Of a stretch of 51,318 nucleotides of DNA, positions 9,205 to 17,846 are shown piece after piece. Within the stretch, counting starts at the first letter, position 1, and the number at the start of each line of letters is the position of its first letter. The notes beneath the pieces were generated by a model, which saw only the letters and a list, made by a program, of their open reading frames with translations, did no database searches and was not told the origin of the DNA. This DNA is from an uncultured Bacteroidales bacterium. GTDB taxonomy: Bacteria; Bacteroidota; Bacteroidia; Bacteroidales; Marinilabiliaceae. Where the stretch lies: positions 1 to 51,318 of the forward strand of contig CAKVCS010000001.1 in the NCBI GenBank assembly GCA_934725785.1. Reading direction: 5' to 3'. The translations under genes were made by a program, and so were the position numbers.

Positions 9205-10107
9205 ATGTCACCCATAGCCCTTTTCGTCTATAACCGTCCCGATCACACGCGCCGAACTCTACAGAGCCTCGCTGCCGCCGACGGGGCTGAGCGGTCAGAC
9301 CTTTACATATTCGCCGATGGCCCGAGGGACTCCGACTCTGTGCCAGCGGTGGATGCCGTTCGCGAGCTGTGCCGTGCCGCGTCGGGCTTCGCGAGCGTCT
9401 CCGTCACCGAGCGGGAGGACAACGTTGGTCTGGCAGCCAACATACTTGGTGGCGTCAGCGATGTTATATCCCGCCACGGCCGGGTCATTGTCATTGAGGA
9501 TGATGTCAACGTCTCCCCGTTCTTCCTCAAGTATATGAATGCCGCTCTCGAGTTCTACCGAGGCAGGGGGGTCTTCTCCATTGGCGGGTACACGCCGGAC
9601 ATTTCCATCCCCGCGGATTATCCATACTCCACGTTTGTCATGCACCGCAACTGCTCCTGGGGCTGGGCCACGTGGAAGAGCGAGTGGGACAAGGTTGACT
9701 GGCAGGCCGCCACGTTCGACTCTTTTATCCGCAGCCCGTCTTTGCGCCGTCGCTTCAATGAGCCGGGCGATGACATGACGCCCTTCCTGCTCAGGTGGAA
9801 GACGGGAGCCCGGGAGATGTGGGACATCGTCTTCTCCTATGCGGCATTCCGGGCCGGAGAGCCGCACGTGTACCCGCGCAAGAGCCTCGTAAGGAATGTA
9901 GGGAATGACGGCACAGGCACACACGTGGCGCCGACGACTAAATATGACGCACCGCTCGCGGCAAGCGTAGGCTTGAACAATTTCTGCCCGGGGGTGGCTA
10001 CTAATCCCGCAATCGTCAAGGAGTTCCACAGGTTTTACTCCACATCGGCTTTCCGCAGGGTGGTCAATGCGTTCAAGAGGTGGAGATATGTGCTGTCAGG
10101 CCATTGA
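9205..10107 (+). CDS. GT-A fold glycosyltransferase (GNT-I-like)
   Basis: N-terminal FVYNRPDHTRRTLQSL plus the IVIEDDVNVSP (EDD) motif resemble the GnT-I/GT13-like GT-A layout. Confidence 0.5.
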   Translation: MSPIALFVYNRPDHTRRTLQSLAAADGAERSDLYIFADGPRDSDSVPAVDAVRELCRAASGFASVSVTEREDNVGLAANILGGVSDVISRHGRVIVIEDDVNVSPFFLKYMNAALEFYRGRGVFSIGGYTPDISIPADYPYSTFVMHRNCSWGWATWKSEWDKVDWQAATFDSFIRSPSLRRRFNEPGDDMTPFLLRWKTGAREMWDIVFSYAAFRAGEPHVYPRKSLVRNVGNDGTGTHVAPTTKYDAPLAASVGLNNFCPGVATNPAIVKEFHRFYSTSAFRRVVNAFKRWRYVLSGH

Positions 10108-10215
10108 CCTTACGCCAAGTCTCGTTTGAGGACTGCCGCCATTTGTCTTGCCTCGTCAGCCCGGGACCTGTCCGGAAGAGCGTTTTTTCTTGCCAGAGAG
10201 AGGCGGTGAGGGGTA

Positions 10216-11157
10216 TCACAGCCTCTCCACCTGCTCTGCGCTCAGCCCCGTACAAGCCGATATGGTCGCGGAGTCGATCCCCTTCTCTTTCATACCCTTT
10301 GCCACTCTCTCAATGCCGTCACGGATTCCCTGCTCTTTTCCGATTTCAATTCCCTGCTCTTTTCCGATTTCTTTTCCTATCTCAATCCCCTGCTCCTTAC
10401 CTATCTCCTTCCCAATCTCAATTCCCTGCTCCTTGGCGGTCTCCATCGAGTTCTTGATGTCCCTGTAGGCCTTGAGGCTGTCCTCGTAGGTCTTGAGCTC
10501 CGAGGGCGAGAACTGGGCTATCTCGGCCTTCTGGAACAGTTTGGTGAATACGCGGTCCCTGAGCGCCTTCGGCCTCCCCTCGATCCTGGCCATGTTCTTG
10601 AGCGCGTAGAGCCACTTGTCGCTCAGCGTCTCCAGCTCGTCGGCTCCCTTGTCGAACTTGCCAATCTCGATGTATTTGAATATCAGCTTGTCGTAGAAGG
10701 TCCTGTTCGTGGCCTTGTCCTGCAGCTCCACGTCGTGGCAGATTGCGCCGCTGTCGAACGCCTCGTCGTTGTACGCGAAGTTGAGCAGCGCGATGACGTA
10801 CACCTTGCTCAGCCTGAAGTCCCAGTCGGCCCCTTTCCTCGCCTGCTCGCGGATGGGGTATGTGGCGTAGTAGATGGACCTGTCCTTGAAGTACTTCTGG
10901 TACGCGTTCTGCATCTCGACGATGAACTTCTCGCCCCTCTCGTTTTGGCAGTAGACGTCGAAAATGGCCTTCCTCTCCATCAAGACGTCGCCCACGCTCT
11001 CGCCGTTGAGGTACATGACGTCCGTTACGACCTGCTCCCCCTCGAAGAGCGAGTTGAGGAAGTTGATGAGCAGGTCCTTGTTAGGCTTGGTCCCGAAGAT
11101 CCTCTTGAAGCCGAAGTCGGTCAGCAGGCTTATGTATTTCTCCTCCCGGTCTCGCAT
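10216..11157 (-). CDS. Rpn-family recombination-promoting nuclease / PD-(D/E)XK putative transposase
   Basis: YISLLTDFGFKRIFG ... DVYCQNERGEKFIVEMQNAYQ is the hallmark N-terminal PD-(D/E)XK core of this family. The start is set at ATG 11155-11157 (MRDREEKYISL). Confidence 0.8.
   Translation of the reverse strand: MRDREEKYISLLTDFGFKRIFGTKPNKDLLINFLNSLFEGEQVVTDVMYLNGESVGDVLMERKAIFDVYCQNERGEKFIVEMQNAYQKYFKDRSIYYATYPIREQARKGADWDFRLSKVYVIALLNFAYNDEAFDSGAICHDVELQDKATNRTFYDKLIFKYIEIGKFDKGADELETLSDKWLYALKNMARIEGRPKALRDRVFTKLFQKAEIAQFSPSELKTYEDSLKAYRDIKNSMETAKEQGIEIGKEIGKEQGIEIGKEIGKEQGIEIGKEQGIRDGIERVAKGMKEKGIDSATISACTGLSAEQVERL
10321..10440 (-). repeat. in-frame tandem repeat (24/36-nt units) inside the Rpn C-terminus
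   Basis: The DNA units GATTTCAATTCCCTGCTCTTTTCC and variants encode EQGIEIGKEIGK EQGIEIGKEIGK EQGIEIGK EQGIRDG. Confidence 0.85.
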
Positions 11158-11175
11158 GTCATCTCTGTTTTTGCC

Positions 11176-11183
11176 CAAAAGTA
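11176..11183 (-). promoter_or_regulatory. exact TAnnTTTG (-7) box upstream of the Rpn gene
   Basis: The minus strand reads TACTTTTG, 17-18 nt before the ATG at 11157. Confidence 0.4.
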
Positions 11184-11185
11184 GG

Positions 11186-11219
11186 AATAAAAAATGGCAA
11201 TGGCGCGATGCCATTGCCA
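11186..11219 (-). terminator. rho-independent terminator ending the six-gene vWA/tubulin/TerD operon
   Basis: Perfect 10-bp stem TGGCAATGGC / GCCATTGCCA (11195-11219) with a 5-nt loop, followed on the minus strand by TTTTTTATT. Confidence 0.75.
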
Positions 11220-11267
11220 GCAATATGGGTTGTTGAATTTTATCGACACGAGTCTCAGCGCGCCTGC

Positions 11268-11846
11268 CTATTTGTTATCTCTTAGTATTTCATTCACAAT
11301 GCGCTGGACGCTCTCATACTTCTCTCCGAGCTGCCGTTTCCTGTCCGCTCCGTTGCCGTAGATGCCTTTTATCACGTCTTTTGCCGTGTCATGGTCGCTA
11401 CCGCCGTCGCGCTCTTGCTGCCGGACGATGTCCGGGGCGTCCACCTCTTCTGCTATGTGAGCCTCCTCGCCGCTTTGCTTTGCGGCGGGTGCGGCGCTCT
11501 CTGCCTCGGTCGGGCTGCTGCACCCCTCTGCCGCGGTGGCTGGCGCCGTTGGCGATTCTGGCGTTATTGTTGTCTGTTTCGCAGGTGTTTCTATATGCTT
11601 GGTTTCCTGCGGGTTCGCTGTCAACGCCGATTCTGCGGGCCCGCGTTCCGGCCATAGGGCGAATGCCGCCACGCCGACGGCTACGGCCACAGCAGCTGCG
11701 GCGCATACGACAATAGCCGTGGATGGCCGCCCCTTCCGTGGAGCGGCGTCGGCTCTTTCCTCTTTGCTGAAGTCGAAAGACATGCCGCCGTTCTTCTTCT
11801 CAAAGTCGTATTTGCCTACGCTTCCAGCCTCTTTTTTCTGAGTCAT
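11268..11846 (-). CDS. single-pass membrane protein with a C-terminal CW_7 (Cpl-7) peptidoglycan-binding repeat
   Basis: TM segment AIVVCAAAAVAVAVGVAAFALW, then a low-complexity Pro/Ala/Thr/Glu linker. The C-terminus DVIKGIYGNGADRKRQLGEKYESVQRIVNEIL matches the CW_7 consensus (GxxGNGxxRxxxLGxxYxxVQxxVNxxL). The start is set at ATG 11844-11846. Confidence 0.7.
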   Translation of the reverse strand: MTQKKEAGSVGKYDFEKKNGGMSFDFSKEERADAAPRKGRPSTAIVVCAAAAVAVAVGVAAFALWPERGPAESALTANPQETKHIETPAKQTTITPESPTAPATAAEGCSSPTEAESAAPAAKQSGEEAHIAEEVDAPDIVRQQERDGGSDHDTAKDVIKGIYGNGADRKRQLGEKYESVQRIVNEILRDNK

Positions 11847-11853
11847 ATCCTTG

Positions 11854-12531
11854 CTATGCGTATATGTCGGCAAGAGTGGGCATGCCGCCGGTATAACCTG
11901 TCCCCATTGGCTCAAAGACCCATTCGCCCTCGTCGTTCAATATGATGCGGCCGGCCTCTATGGCCGTCTCGTCGGCGAATTTCTCACTCATGTTGAAGCG
12001 GCAGAGGCTCTCGCCGGTCTCCTCGTTTGTTATCGTTATGGCGGGCGACTCTACGGACTTGAATGTCTCAGTCTGGGCGTCGGGCTTGGCGTATATGGCG
12101 GCTCCGAACACGATGGCGCGAACCGACTCGCTCACCCTGTCAAGCACCACGTGCATGGTTTCGCAATTCTCATCGTCTGCGTCGTCGCCGGCCTCGTCTG
12201 GCGAGCCGATTACGGATGTGTCGGCCGAGACGGGCACCGTCATAGCCTTCCACGCTTTCTTGGTGCGGTGGGCCTGCAGGTTGAACGGCTCTATCTTGCC
12301 TTCTGTCACGTCATCCTCCGAGGATGGGCGCCAGCGGTTGTCCGAGTTGTAGTAGACAAAGTCCTCCCTGCGTGTCAATATGCCGTCTTCTCCCACCAGG
12401 AAGGCGCACACGTCAAGGTCTGCGTCGCCCTTCCACGTCAAGTCTACGCGTATCTTGTTCAGTCCCTCTTCTTTGCCGAAGTTGAATTTCTGCCCCTTTG
12501 CCAGTTCTTTGCCGAAGTTGAATGAGTTCAT
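11854..12531 (-). CDS. TerD-family stress protein
   Basis: LAKGQKFNF...IRVDLTWKGDADLDVCAFLVGEDG...EDFVYYNS ... acidic GDDADDE segment ... VFGAAIY ... WVFEPMGTGYTGGMPTLADIY is the canonical TerD pattern. Confidence 0.85.
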   Translation of the reverse strand: MNSFNFGKELAKGQKFNFGKEEGLNKIRVDLTWKGDADLDVCAFLVGEDGILTRREDFVYYNSDNRWRPSSEDDVTEGKIEPFNLQAHRTKKAWKAMTVPVSADTSVIGSPDEAGDDADDENCETMHVVLDRVSESVRAIVFGAAIYAKPDAQTETFKSVESPAITITNEETGESLCRFNMSEKFADETAIEAGRIILNDEGEWVFEPMGTGYTGGMPTLADIYA

Positions 12532-12544
12532 GTGCTTATGTTTT

Positions 12545-14902
12545 TTAGTCGTTTATATATTTTTCTGCCACTTGGCGCAGGGGGACGTATTCTATGCCGT
12601 ATTCGGCAAAGAGGGTGACTATCTGCCTTATGGTCTGCTTTTGCGCCTCTGTCATGTCCCCATTGGCGCCTTTGGCTATTTCGTCTATGAGTCTTTTGCT
12701 CTTTATGAGCGTCACGCACTCGTCCGCCATGTGCGAGTTGCGCTCGACGGTCGCGAAGTAACGCTTGGCTTCGCCCAGGCGCATGTCGCGCAGCAGCTTA
12801 TACCCGTTGCCCAGCATCTGTGGGCCGCGCTTGGGCGCAGTCTCTTTTTCGGGGGCGGGGGAGGGCTCGCCCGCGGTCTCTCCGATTGCCTTGACCGGTT
12901 CTCCTGGGGCGCTCTCTTCCGTCGCTTGTGGTGTCTCCTGGTCGTCCGTGCCGATACCTGTCAGGGTTTTCACGTAGTCGGTCGCGAGGGGCATCACTTG
13001 CAGTGTACATATCTTGTCTTTTATGGCGTTTGTCTGCAACGCCTGGTATGACACCCCCATCTCGGGTAGGCCCGGTTGAGCGTGCTGGTTGCTGCTGGCG
13101 AATATCAGGACCTGCCTCTTGGTGAAAAGGCTCACGTCGTTGACGTACACATATGGCAGAGACTGGGCTTCCATGTGGCAATATAGCGCGCCAAGTGACG
13201 GGATGCTTATGAAGCCGTATGGTTTAGCCCAGTCGACCGTGGCGTAGCGGCCAGCCTCCGACGCCGAGACTGAGGCGAACGCCGTGGCGAGCGAGTTCTT
13301 CCCAAGGCTCAGCAGGCGGGCGTATTCCGCCTCTATGCGCTGGGCGTACTCTGTCATCTCCTTTTTGAAGTGGACTATGGCTTTACCCTTGTCCACTATG
13401 TTTGTCGCATCTCTGAACGAGGTGAGCTCTGATCGCTCCAGCTCCATGTCGAGCCGGACACTCTCCGCTTTCAGCTTGGCGACCTCGGCCTCTAACTTTT
13501 TATACCTCTCGCTTTTCTCGGTGAGGATTAGGATTTCCTCGTTAGCTTTCAGCGCGTTGTCGCATATGGCGATAATCTTGTCGCATGCCGCGCTTTGGGC
13601 TTTCAGGCTCTCTATCTTGACCCTCCTGTTAGCCCCGCTGCCAGTCAGCCATTCCCATATCCTTGTCCACAGTCGACGGTTGTCGGCCTCGTCTTGCAGG
13701 GCGCAGGCTTCGTCGTCATGCCTCTTTTTGCCTTCCGCGGCCTTCTTTTTCTCGTTTTCGACCCAAGTCCGGAACTCTTCGGACTTCACGCCCCGCACGA
13801 GCCTCGCGTAGTTGCGCTTGAGTGTCTCGAACGCCTCGGTCGTTTCCGCCTGTTGCCGCGAGGACCCGCCGTGTGCGGCGGCTTCAGCCTCTTGAGCCGC
13901 TTTGCGCACCATGTCGCGGGTCAGGAGCGTCTCGCCCAGGGGGCTCTCCTTGCCCATCAGCGGGCCTATATGTTCCTTTATTATGTGGTCAACCTTGGCC
14001 GCTACGTTCTCCTCTCCCGCGGGGCTGCTGTAGTCTGGCTTTTTGAGTCTCGCCGCGAGGCCTTCCATTCTCTTGCGCAGGCCGGTGGGGTTGTCCTCAA
14101 TGTCGAGCGGGTCGTCCGAGCCCATGGGGCACTCGCCGTTCAGGCGAACCTCCACGAGGGCGCGGCTCAACGCCAAGCTCTGCATGCGCTCCACGTCGGG
14201 GGCGAAGTACATGCACTCTGCGTGACCTATGGAGAAGACGTGCGAGCTGACGTTGGTCGGCAGCGCGGCGTTCACCACAAGCCCGCACGTGGCGGGGTCC
14301 GACGCGAGCAGCATGAAGTCCGCCAGCACGCGCGGCAGGCGGAAGTCGTGATGCTCCTCGCCCGTGAATGACGCTCCGCCTTTGATGTTGCGCGTCTCGA
14401 CATACAGGGTGTAGGGCGCCTCCGACTCCGACGTGCGCTCAAGTATGTGCGCCAAGGCCTCCTCGGCCATGACTGACGTCACGTTCGCCGGCCTCTTGGT
14501 GTCATATCCCAGCACGACATGCCACACGGTCAGAGCCCCGAATCCGTTCTTGGGGTCGTTGCGCAAGGCCATGAGCCGTCTGAACGCGCTCTGGTCGAAG
14601 TCGTTCTCGCCATACGGGTTGTCAAGGAAGAAGAGGTTCAGCTTGGCAGTGACTGTCGCTATGCCCGCCGCGCCCATGAACTGCGCTATGTGGTTGGCCA
14701 TCCCGCACCCCATGTCGTCGTCCGCCTCGGTGTCCGAGCCGGGTATGCTGAATTCATACCCCTCGCCCTCGTCGCGGATAAGGCCGTAGGAGACCAGCAT
14801 GTCCGCCGATGCTGTGCGCGGGACGCACTCCTCCGCTATCTGGCGCGCTATGCTGTCGGTCTCGCTCTTGCCGCTGACCACTATGAAATGTGTGCGAGAC
14901 AT
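12545..14902 (-). CDS. 785-aa hypothetical protein with a central coiled coil (partner of the tubulin-like GTPase)
   Basis: Long ORF in an operon with 13-15 nt gaps to its neighbours. Residues about 330-520 are Glu/Lys/Ala/Arg-rich heptad-like sequence. I recognised no catalytic motif. Confidence 0.6.
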   Translation of the reverse strand: MSRTHFIVVSGKSETDSIARQIAEECVPRTASADMLVSYGLIRDEGEGYEFSIPGSDTEADDDMGCGMANHIAQFMGAAGIATVTAKLNLFFLDNPYGENDFDQSAFRRLMALRNDPKNGFGALTVWHVVLGYDTKRPANVTSVMAEEALAHILERTSESEAPYTLYVETRNIKGGASFTGEEHHDFRLPRVLADFMLLASDPATCGLVVNAALPTNVSSHVFSIGHAECMYFAPDVERMQSLALSRALVEVRLNGECPMGSDDPLDIEDNPTGLRKRMEGLAARLKKPDYSSPAGEENVAAKVDHIIKEHIGPLMGKESPLGETLLTRDMVRKAAQEAEAAAHGGSSRQQAETTEAFETLKRNYARLVRGVKSEEFRTWVENEKKKAAEGKKRHDDEACALQDEADNRRLWTRIWEWLTGSGANRRVKIESLKAQSAACDKIIAICDNALKANEEILILTEKSERYKKLEAEVAKLKAESVRLDMELERSELTSFRDATNIVDKGKAIVHFKKEMTEYAQRIEAEYARLLSLGKNSLATAFASVSASEAGRYATVDWAKPYGFISIPSLGALYCHMEAQSLPYVYVNDVSLFTKRQVLIFASSNQHAQPGLPEMGVSYQALQTNAIKDKICTLQVMPLATDYVKTLTGIGTDDQETPQATEESAPGEPVKAIGETAGEPSPAPEKETAPKRGPQMLGNGYKLLRDMRLGEAKRYFATVERNSHMADECVTLIKSKRLIDEIAKGANGDMTEAQKQTIRQIVTLFAEYGIEYVPLRQVAEKYIND

Positions 14903-14917
14903 GTGTCCTCTGTCGTT

Positions 14918-17821
14918 TTATCGTTTGTCTTGCTTTGTGCGCAATTTAATCTCGCTCTCCACGAGGCTCGCTGTAGCCTCGTACACATCGTTGTGGCTCT
15001 CCAAGGCGTCAACCTCCTCTGGGTTCATATTGGGGTATGCGTACATGTCCTTGTATCGGCTGTTTCCAATGCCTCTGAGGCTGTCGAGAGTCTCTTTTAC
15101 GAAGTCTGAGCCGCGCTCGTTCTTTATCTCTTTGATTCTCTTTTCAACATCTTTGCGCAAATTGTTCAGCTCAAACTGCTTGTACGCCACGTTACGCCGC
15201 TCCCCAAGGTTTAGGCGGTTGTTGTCTATAGCGTTGCCCTTGTCTGACGTCATCCAATATTGCTTTTTCTCCTTGTCGAAGCGTATAATAGGCAGCCCGT
15301 CTTGCATGGTGAAGCAGAAGGCCTGCGTCCACATGTCGAGTGCTTCGTCAGCCTTCTCGGCTGGCCACATTGAGAACTTCATCGACTCGCGCAATGAGTC
15401 CATTCCCGTATCAATAGAGCACGAGAGGCCGCTTGCCTCGTTCATCCGGCGGTTGTATTCGTCCTCATATGTCTTGAAGTTGTTCACAGCGAAAACAGGC
15501 ACCGAAGACTCCACCATCATGATATACACTCGGTCCTTCTGACGGGTTGATGCGTATTTAGGGTCTGTTATGTCATATTTCAAAGCCGCTTTAACAGAGG
15601 CCTCCTTCATTATCGTGTTTGCTTGGTCTGGTACTCCAACCAGAACCTGGCGCGCACGGTTGACATTCTCTGGCATCTTGCCGTGGTAGTTTATTGTCCA
15701 CATGGGGGTGGCCAGGTCGAGGATATATTTTGCGTTGCGGATGACGTTCTCTGTCCCCATTTCTGTTAGAACCTCCTCTATGTTCTTGCTCAGCGCTGCC
15801 GACACGGGCTGCGTGGTGCCCGCATAGTGCATCACCCTGTTGGCCGTCTCGCTTGTCGACTCCTTAAGCCACTCTGTAAGGCTGCGACCCGACGGCATCG
15901 AGTCCGATGTGCAGAAGTCGTTCCACATCTGTTGGCTGATGGCGGGGTTTATGCCGTTCAACGCGTTAATGTGCAGGTATACCTGGAATTTCGATTTTGG
16001 TCTGCACGAGTTGCGCAGTCTCACCACTTCGCTGTCAAATTCGCCGCCTATCTGCCTCATTATCTCCATCTTGGCTGCCACCAACGCCTTGTAGGCTGCC
16101 ACGTCCTCCTTAAGCTTTGTGTAGAACAGGATGGCCAGCTGATGCCTCTTCAGGTCCATCGTGTCGCGTATGCGCGAGTTCACGGTGTTGCTCAAGTCCT
16201 CGGCCTCGTCGCTCAGGAATCGTCCGAACAGCCCGTGACACCCCGCCAACTCTTTGATCCAGTCGGGACACTCCCTCAGCCTGGCCTCCAACTCTTTGCT
16301 CTCGCTCACCATCTCGCCGAGACACGAGTCCATTAGGGCGTCCAGCGCCGTCAGGAACGCTGCCGAGGCTGCCAGTCCGCCGCCCGCGGGGTCGCATATG
16401 ATTTTGCGGATTTCCTTCTCGAGCAGCCGCTGCGTGTTGGCGAGCTTGCTTGCGCAGTTCGCCTCGGGGGCCGTGTCGCTGCTGGCCATGTTGAGACGGT
16501 TCACGATGTCGTCCGCCTCCGTCCCCTTCTCCACCTCGAAGGGGCGCAATGCGCCGAGGTCGCATATGGCGTCGGTGACGTCGTCGTGCAGGTGGCCGCC
16601 GTTCTCCCTTATCTTCACGTCCTCGCGGTCCACGAAGTTGTCGCACAGGGTGGATCCCACCTTTTCCGTGTTTAGCAGTTTGTTCGTCAGCCGCTCCGCC
16701 ACGGCGTAGGCCGTAGCGATGCCCATGGTGTCACTGTCATACACCAGCTCGGCCGCGCTCAACGAGTTAGCCCAGGCGCATTTTTGTGATATTTTGAAAT
16801 TTATGTGGTTTGCTATTATGTTATCCTTCATCTCGTCAGCATGATCTCCCATGTCGCCCGATGGAAGGAAGGCACATTTTGCCACGTTATCCAGTAGGTC
16901 GTCAAGCCCATTGAACGTGTTGCCGGAACTGCTGACGTTGTTTATCAAGTATGCGAATTCGAACGGCTTATCCGTTATTGTGTTGTTGCCGAATGGTATT
17001 AGTTTTTTCGCCGCGTCTTTCCCGTCGAAATTACCGAATATGAAGTCGAGGTCGCGCAGGGTGCCGTAGGTGTTGTAGTTGACGTTGAACGATCCAGTAG
17101 GTGTTATTTGCTTGTATATGTCTGGCATAACAACCCACGGTATCACGAGGCAGTCGTTCGTCATTCCGAGGCTTTTCTTTACCCTGTCTATCATTAATAG
17201 CACGTCTATCAGCATTCCGGACCCTGTGCCTCCACTCATAGAGCAAATGACGTTGACGGTTGTTTTGGACGGTATGCCAGGCTGCTTTCCCTGTCCCAGC
17301 TGGTATTTGGAGTCGGGAGGAAGTGGTTCGCGTGTGTAGTTCAGGGCGTTTAATATGCGAATTTCTATCTCCTTTCGGTTATATCTGGCAATGAAGCATC
17401 CGCTTGAGCGTACCTGTCCCGCACCTGTGCTCTTTATTGCGCCCAGAGCGCCCACATTATCGAATGGATCTTTCGGCATCCAGGTGAATTCCGACTCTTG
17501 GCTGCGGTATATCTCAAGCGCGTTTTGAACCGTGACGCACTTTATCTCGCTTGCCGACAGGCGCACCTCGCGGCTCTTTATCTCCTTCACGTTGGTCACC
17601 TTGCCGTCGACGACCGAGTATGTCACCCCGTTGGCGTCGTTGCCCGCCTTGGCTACGGCCAGGTTGCCTATGCCGTCCTGCGTGTCTATCGCCAGGAAAC
17701 CAATCATAGGCTGCGGAATCTCGCCATACGCGTCTATGAAGTGCCTCTTTATCTTTACGAGTGTCTTCGCTCCAGTGCCGCCAATGCCCACGTAGAGCGT
17801 CCTGTTTATGCTTATCGCCAT
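14918..17821 (-). CDS. tubulin/FtsZ-superfamily GTPase (Tubulin_2-like), 967 aa
   Basis: N-terminal LYVGIGGTGAKT (T1-like glycine loop), STGAGQVR, and the tubulin signature SMSGGTGSGM (GGTGSG encoded at 17216-17233). Confidence 0.75.
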   Translation of the reverse strand: MAISINRTLYVGIGGTGAKTLVKIKRHFIDAYGEIPQPMIGFLAIDTQDGIGNLAVAKAGNDANGVTYSVVDGKVTNVKEIKSREVRLSASEIKCVTVQNALEIYRSQESEFTWMPKDPFDNVGALGAIKSTGAGQVRSSGCFIARYNRKEIEIRILNALNYTREPLPPDSKYQLGQGKQPGIPSKTTVNVICSMSGGTGSGMLIDVLLMIDRVKKSLGMTNDCLVIPWVVMPDIYKQITPTGSFNVNYNTYGTLRDLDFIFGNFDGKDAAKKLIPFGNNTITDKPFEFAYLINNVSSSGNTFNGLDDLLDNVAKCAFLPSGDMGDHADEMKDNIIANHINFKISQKCAWANSLSAAELVYDSDTMGIATAYAVAERLTNKLLNTEKVGSTLCDNFVDREDVKIRENGGHLHDDVTDAICDLGALRPFEVEKGTEADDIVNRLNMASSDTAPEANCASKLANTQRLLEKEIRKIICDPAGGGLAASAAFLTALDALMDSCLGEMVSESKELEARLRECPDWIKELAGCHGLFGRFLSDEAEDLSNTVNSRIRDTMDLKRHQLAILFYTKLKEDVAAYKALVAAKMEIMRQIGGEFDSEVVRLRNSCRPKSKFQVYLHINALNGINPAISQQMWNDFCTSDSMPSGRSLTEWLKESTSETANRVMHYAGTTQPVSAALSKNIEEVLTEMGTENVIRNAKYILDLATPMWTINYHGKMPENVNRARQVLVGVPDQANTIMKEASVKAALKYDITDPKYASTRQKDRVYIMMVESSVPVFAVNNFKTYEDEYNRRMNEASGLSCSIDTGMDSLRESMKFSMWPAEKADEALDMWTQAFCFTMQDGLPIIRFDKEKKQYWMTSDKGNAIDNNRLNLGERRNVAYKQFELNNLRKDVEKRIKEIKNERGSDFVKETLDSLRGIGNSRYKDMYAYPNMNPEEVDALESHNDVYEATASLVESEIKLRTKQDKR

Positions 17822-17846
17822 AGGGTTTATGTTTTTTCCTTTCTCT

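Noticed and set aside
10321-10440. Whether the short direct repeats could be a CRISPR array.
   Set aside because: The repeats are contiguous 24/36-nt units with no spacers. They are in frame within the Rpn coding sequence. No cas genes are present in the window.
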